Origin: Patescibacteria group bacterium
GTDB taxonomy: Bacteria; Patescibacteriota; Microgenomatia; UBA8517
DNA: 64,000 nt
NCBI GenBank assembly: GCA_036381415.1
Contig: DASVCV010000001.1
Coordinates: forward strand, 1,411-65,410
Direction: 5' to 3'
How positions within the stretch are numbered: the stretch's first letter is position 1; the number at the start of each line of letters is the position of its first letter. Below the pieces are notes generated by a model. The model was not told where the DNA came from. It made no database searches and worked only from the letters and a program-made list of their open reading frames with translations. The position numbers and the translations under genes were made by a program. Of the stretch, positions 59,558 through 64,000 are shown piece by piece.

Positions 59558-59854
59558 TTAGAAATTTGCTTTTAACCTCACATCAATCATATTTTTAAGT
59601 CTTTCACATTGATTATTCTTCGGATTAATACCTCCATCATTTACAAAACACATTGATTTACAATTTTTTCGAGTTTCTTCCAAAGCCTCACCAATTTCTC
59701 GCAAGAGTTTTCTCCTTTGGGGAGTAGTTAGCCTAATTCCTTCTTCCTGCTCTGTTAAAAACTCTACCAAAGTACATGGACTGGCCACTCCTCCTAACAG
59801 CTGACATGTTTTACACTCTATTGGATTTGGCTTAAGGGACATGAGTTCTACCAT
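59558..59854 (-). CDS. Cys-rich small hypothetical protein, translationally coupled upstream of proS
   Basis: Six Cys (CKTC, C, C, C, C). 1-nt gap to proS. Confidence 0.4.
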   Translation of the reverse strand: MVELMSLKPNPIECKTCQLLGGVASPCTLVEFLTEQEEGIRLTTPQRRKLLREIGEALEETRKNCKSMCFVNDGGINPKNNQCERLKNMIDVRLKANF

Positions 59855-59927
59855 ATTTAGTATTTTATATTACTCAGGCTTAAAGGTAAATGGGAAAGGC
59901 ATTCACTTGCAATGATATAATAGCCTT

Positions 59928-60152
59928 ATGAAGAAGGTAATAAGATTAGATCAAAATCATGAGTATTTTGTGAGAGCTGACCTATCTAAATATCAAAATG
60001 AGTGGATAGCAATTTCAGGCAAGAAGGTAGTTGCACATGGATCTGATGCAGATGTAGTCTACAAAGAAGCAAGAAAGAAAAAACCAAGAGCAGAAATCTC
60101 TTTAGCTAAAGTTTTGCCTCCCAAACCAATGATTCTTTCCTTTCTTAAATGA
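59928..60152 (+). CDS. small protein partner of the retropepsin-like protease
   Basis: 74 aa. ATGA 4-bp overlap with the next gene. Confidence 0.45.
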   Translation: MKKVIRLDQNHEYFVRADLSKYQNEWIAISGKKVVAHGSDADVVYKEARKKKPRAEISLAKVLPPKPMILSFLK

Positions 60153-60559
60153 TTGCTTTTAAGTATAAAAAAGAAAAAGTTGGAATATTGGGAGAAGCTA
60201 CTCCAAGACCAGTTGCAATAGTAAGCCTTAAAACAGCGGATGGAAAATGGTATAGATTCCAGCCTTACATAGATTCAGGGGCTGATATTACTCTCCTTTC
60301 CCAGTCAACAGGAAAACTTATTGGATTAAAAGAAGACGGACCTAATCAAAAGAAAAGTACATTGGGTGGAATATCAGGAGGGATACCAGTAATTTATACA
60401 ACTGTTACCATGTCTATTGATAACCATGAATTCCAGGCAAAAGTAGCCTGGGCACAGATATCTGGGATTCCCCCACTTTTAGGAAGAGCTGATGTATTTG
60501 AACACTTCAAAATCACTTTTAAAGAAAAGGAAGGAATTATTGAGTTTGAGAAAGTTTAG
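60149..60559 (+). CDS. retropepsin-like (clan AA) aspartic protease
   Basis: YIDSGADITLLS catalytic D-S-G-A motif and about 135-aa single-domain size. Confidence 0.65.
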   Translation: MIAFKYKKEKVGILGEATPRPVAIVSLKTADGKWYRFQPYIDSGADITLLSQSTGKLIGLKEDGPNQKKSTLGGISGGIPVIYTTVTMSIDNHEFQAKVAWAQISGIPPLLGRADVFEHFKITFKEKEGIIEFEKV

Positions 60560-60565
60560 CTTGTG

Positions 60566-62260
60566 TTACCTGACAAGAGGTGACTCCAAGGAGCGGTCAA
60601 ATCTTTGGTATTTTTCAAAACTGTTAAGACTGCTATAAAGATTAAATGATTTGGTAAGAACTGCTTCTAACTCTTTTTTAATAATTGTGTTTTTAAGTTT
60701 TTCGTAGGCATTTTTCTCTGCAAAATTAAAATCATATTTTCTATAGGGAGACTCATTTCTTCCAATCAGGGAGGAATAATTACTGTTTATGTTTTGAAGC
60801 GTTAAAGATGAATATACTATTTTTCTAACATCATCTGGGGTTCTAGCAGAAGCTGGGATTGCCCCTACTCTTTCTACTTCTTTCTTGGCGTTATCATAAG
60901 CTGCAATCCATCCATCTACTGCATCTGGGGAGAGCTTACTTATATAAACATAATCTACTTCATTATTTACTGTGGGAGGAAAATTGTTTGCAATTAATTT
61001 ATCAACATTTACTACTCCAACTAGAAATAGTGCACCTATGCATAAACCAATTTCAGACAAGAACCATTTCTTTCTTGTTGAAATAAGCTGACGAGTAATA
61101 AGTACTATTGTTAATGCAATAAGAAGAATTAGAAATGCAGATCCATATATCCTAATTCTTGTTAGGCCATGGGCTATTTGATAAAGGTATACTCTTCTTA
61201 AAATTGAAATTATAAACACAAGAATTTCAAAAAGAAGCGCAAGGTTTAAATTTCTTAACAACTTTTTTGACTTTTCTGACGCAGAGTAGATATGTGAAGA
61301 AATAATACTTGTAAAATAAACAACAACGGCAACAAGAGTGAGTTCTCCAAACCCACGCCTGACATATTCAGAGTAAGTCATAATTCCAAATTCTGACAGT
61401 TTATTTTCTGGCACCTGGACAAAGAGATACTTAAATTGAATTACTAAAAATACAGCAAAAATAGTACACAGAATTGATACCAGAGTTGCTGTTTCTAATT
61501 GGTATTTTCCAACATGAATATCTTTAAAAGGATGTGCATATTTTTTCTTTATAGTTGAAAAGAGGAACGGAGCAGCAAAAAATAAAAATGCAGAAGTTCC
61601 TACTATCCTTGCTATTAGCCAAGGAGCAATTGGAGGAAGTTTAATGTTAAAAATATCTTTTACTAATTTGCCAAAAATTGGATCTGCTGATCCCAAAAGA
61701 ATTAATACAAATGCAGCGATTGGAATTGCTATTAAAATTCCTCTTATTACTGAACCAATCTCACTCTTTTTACTGCTTAGGGATAATTTTCTTTTTAAGA
61801 AAACAGCGAATAAATCAAGAGTCTGAGGCAAAAGATTAAATATTTGTAAAAATCCTCTAATCCAAACCATAAACAGCCTTTGAGGAACAACAAGGAATTC
61901 TGAGATTGTTTGGCTTAAGGGGTTTGCAAGAGATATGACATAAATGAGAATTAAAGTAAGTATTCCGCTTAAGAAATTAAGAAGAAAAGAGTCTATGAAA
62001 TTTGCTCTAAAAAGTGCTATTAAAGAAGAAAGAATTGCTACTCCTGATAAAAGATAGGCGTATTTTTTATTGTCTTTATTTAAATCTTTATATTTTCCAA
62101 CAAATAAATAAATTTGAGCTGAAACAACAAAAATTAAAAACCCTAGTGTGCCTATAAGGGGTACTGTAAAAAATGTTACTGCACTGGAGTTATATGAAAC
62201 AAAAAAAAGAAGGTTAAAAACAACGATGGCTAGGACGATAGCAATGGCTTTTCGTATCAA
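60566..62260 (-). CDS. large polytopic membrane protein, hypothetical
   Basis: About 12 TM helices plus a C-terminal soluble domain. Confidence 0.5.
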   Translation of the reverse strand: MIRKAIAIVLAIVVFNLLFFVSYNSSAVTFFTVPLIGTLGFLIFVVSAQIYLFVGKYKDLNKDNKKYAYLLSGVAILSSLIALFRANFIDSFLLNFLSGILTLILIYVISLANPLSQTISEFLVVPQRLFMVWIRGFLQIFNLLPQTLDLFAVFLKRKLSLSSKKSEIGSVIRGILIAIPIAAFVLILLGSADPIFGKLVKDIFNIKLPPIAPWLIARIVGTSAFLFFAAPFLFSTIKKKYAHPFKDIHVGKYQLETATLVSILCTIFAVFLVIQFKYLFVQVPENKLSEFGIMTYSEYVRRGFGELTLVAVVVYFTSIISSHIYSASEKSKKLLRNLNLALLFEILVFIISILRRVYLYQIAHGLTRIRIYGSAFLILLIALTIVLITRQLISTRKKWFLSEIGLCIGALFLVGVVNVDKLIANNFPPTVNNEVDYVYISKLSPDAVDGWIAAYDNAKKEVERVGAIPASARTPDDVRKIVYSSLTLQNINSNYSSLIGRNESPYRKYDFNFAEKNAYEKLKNTIIKKELEAVLTKSFNLYSSLNSFEKYQRFDRSLESPLVR

Positions 62261-62305
62261 AGTAATACTAATTCTACCATAAAAGACAAGTTTTTTTATA
62301 TTTGG

Positions 62306-63427
62306 CTACTTTAAAATTGAATTTACAAAGTTTGAGACAGACCCTGCTTTAATTAGCATTGGAATCTCACGGACTGTAAGAAGAACCATTAAAAGAAGGA
62401 GAAGTATAAGACCTATTGTATGGATAGCTGATTCAAATTTAGGAAGGAATTTCTTTCCCAATATTTTTTCTACAATTGTGGTTGCAATTCTATACCCATC
62501 AAGAGGTGGAAATGGAATAAGGTTAACAACTGCAAGGTTAACTGAAATTATTCCTACAAATCTTACCAAAGGAATAAATCCAAGTTTTGCAATTTCATAA
62601 AAAATGGCAACAATTGCAAGAGGACCTGCTACTCCTTTTGGAGACTGCCCATGGGATGCTTGCTGGACAGCACCTGTTAAGCCCTGAACCACTGCCTGGA
62701 CATAGAAGAAAGCATCTTTAAAACCATAGTAAATTCCATAGAAAGGTCTTTGCCAAACTGGAGGATAGTAAACCTCGGGGACGTCTCCAATTTCTACCCC
62801 AATAGGGCCTTCCCCTTCTGGAGGGAAAGCACGAGGTAATAAACTTAGTGTTTTTGTTTCACCATCCCTTACAACTTCAATCTTAACTTGTTTTCCTTTT
62901 GAATCATCTACAAACTTTTTAAACTGGTCTGTGGTTTCAACCTCACGGTCACCTACTTTTTTAATAATATCTCCAACTTTTATACCTGCATACTCAGCAG
63001 GAGAGTTTGCACTGACATTTAATATTTTTACATCAATCTTTCCTGATTCAATTCCATTTATTGAATAAACCAAGGCAAATGCTGCTACTGCTAAAAGTAG
63101 ATTCATCACAATTCCTGCGATTGTGATTGCAATCTTTGTTAGTTTGTTTTTACCTACAAAGGATCTGTTGGCATTAGTAACTACATCTTCCTCTTCTTCA
63201 CCATGAAGTTTTACAAATCCTCCTATAGGTAGAAGGTTTAAAGAATAAATAGTTTCCCCTATCTTTTTTCCCCAAAGACGGGGTGGAAGTCCTAAACCAA
63301 ACTCCTCTACCCAGACACCACTCTTTTTAGCAACAATGAAGTGGCCAAACTCATGAACTAAGATTAGAACAGAGAAAGCTATTATTACTTTTATAATTGC
63401 AAAGAGGATTAAGGGTATGTTTACCAC
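62306..63427 (-). CDS. rseP: RIP zinc metalloprotease RseP (site-2 protease, M50)
   Basis: HEFGH in TM1, PDZ domain, LDG motif. Confidence 0.9.
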   Translation of the reverse strand: MVNIPLILFAIIKVIIAFSVLILVHEFGHFIVAKKSGVWVEEFGLGLPPRLWGKKIGETIYSLNLLPIGGFVKLHGEEEEDVVTNANRSFVGKNKLTKIAITIAGIVMNLLLAVAAFALVYSINGIESGKIDVKILNVSANSPAEYAGIKVGDIIKKVGDREVETTDQFKKFVDDSKGKQVKIEVVRDGETKTLSLLPRAFPPEGEGPIGVEIGDVPEVYYPPVWQRPFYGIYYGFKDAFFYVQAVVQGLTGAVQQASHGQSPKGVAGPLAIVAIFYEIAKLGFIPLVRFVGIISVNLAVVNLIPFPPLDGYRIATTIVEKILGKKFLPKFESAIHTIGLILLLLLMVLLTVREIPMLIKAGSVSNFVNSILK

Positions 63428-63447
63428 AAGAACATTCTATCAGAAGA

Positions 63448-64000
63448 TTAGAGTTGAAGTAACTCCTGCTTTTTCTTTTCTCCCATTTCTTCAATCTTTT
63501 TAATAAATTCATCAGTTAGAGTTTGGAGCTTTTTTTCCTGGGCAAATTTTTGATCTTCAGTTATTGTTTTGTCTTCATATCCTTTCTTAATTGCATGCAT
63601 AGTGTCACCTCTTACTCTTCTAATTTCTATTTTCCCTTCTTCAAGCTTTCCTGAAAGAAGCTTTACATATTTTTCCCTGTCTTCACTTGTCAAAGGAGGC
63701 ATGGAAATTCTAATTATTTCTCCATCAATTTGAGGGTTCATTCCAAGATTTAAGACTTCAATTCCCTTTTTAATTTCTCCAATTATTGATTTATCCCAAG
63801 GATCAATAACAATTGTTACTGGATCTGGAGATGTAATAGAAGCTAATTCTAGAATTCTTAACCTTTGCTGTCCTCCATAGACTGCAACATCTACATTTTC
63901 TACTAAGGAAGGACTAGCTCTACCTGTTCTAATTGTTGCAATTTCTGCGGCAAGCTTATCTACAACAGCCTGCATTTGAAGTTTAACACTCGTTTCATCC
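63448..64000 (-). CDS. frr: ribosome recycling factor (N-terminus runs off the window)
   Basis: IRTGRASPSL motif. Reading frame is open through the window edge. Confidence 0.9.
   Translation of the reverse strand, partial: DETSVKLQMQAVVDKLAAEIATIRTGRASPSLVENVDVAVYGGQQRLRILELASITSPDPVTIVIDPWDKSIIGEIKKGIEVLNLGMNPQIDGEIIRISMPPLTSEDREKYVKLLSGKLEEGKIEIRRVRGDTMHAIKKGYEDKTITEDQKFAQEKKLQTLTDEFIKKIEEMGEKKKQELLQL

Noticed and set aside
1-64000. Alternative genetic code (UGA recoding), as seen in some candidate phyla
   Set aside because: Long conserved genes (gyrA, dnaB, cysS, proS, dnaX, hisS) give full-length products under the standard code without in-frame stops.
1-64000. CRISPR arrays, transposases, IS elements, rRNA genes
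   Set aside because: No regularly spaced direct repeats and no transposase or Cas-like ORFs were seen. No rRNA-like conserved stretches were recognised.

Overview
This 64-kb window is low-GC (about 35-40% by eye), gene-dense, and has many small hypothetical membrane or secreted proteins with Pro/Thr linkers, which suggests a small-genome, possibly CPR/Patescibacteria-like bacterium. Conserved genes (gyrA, dnaB, cysS, proS, hisS) translate full length with the standard code. Recognisable core loci, in order: gyrA, a Xer-like tyrosine recombinase, yebC, a Kef-type antiporter, rluA, efp, tRNA-Leu(CAA), dnaB, hisS, rpmE-prfA, htrA, ctpA, rpsF-ssb-rpsR, ychF, an ABC-F ATPase, msrA/msrB, a MacAB-like efflux pump with an adjacent two-component system, tgt, cysS, recR-ybaB-dnaX, ybeY, proS, rseP and frr.

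The most unusual items are:
- a 1.03-kb ORF-free block next to the tyrosine recombinase, carrying palindromic and repeated motifs (candidate dif-like site and/or structured ncRNA);
- a double-motif LAGLIDADG homing endonuclease starting 4 nt after an intact tRNA-Leu;
- a prfA that lacks RF1 domain 1 and sits in frame with rpmE across a single TAA;
- a strongly AT-rich orphan gene of unknown function that looks horizontally acquired;
- a ferric-reductase/NOX-like flavocytochrome translationally coupled to a membrane-anchored cupredoxin, one of several extracytoplasmic redox modules (second cupredoxin beside a PQQ-dehydrogenase-like propeller, three VKOR-family proteins, a DoxX-like protein, MsrA/B);
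- a class II Fic gene preceded by helically phased direct repeats;
- a small-protein plus retropepsin-like protease module;
- tandem paralogs sharing a C-terminal EIPTKE motif.

No CRISPR array, transposase or rRNA was seen.
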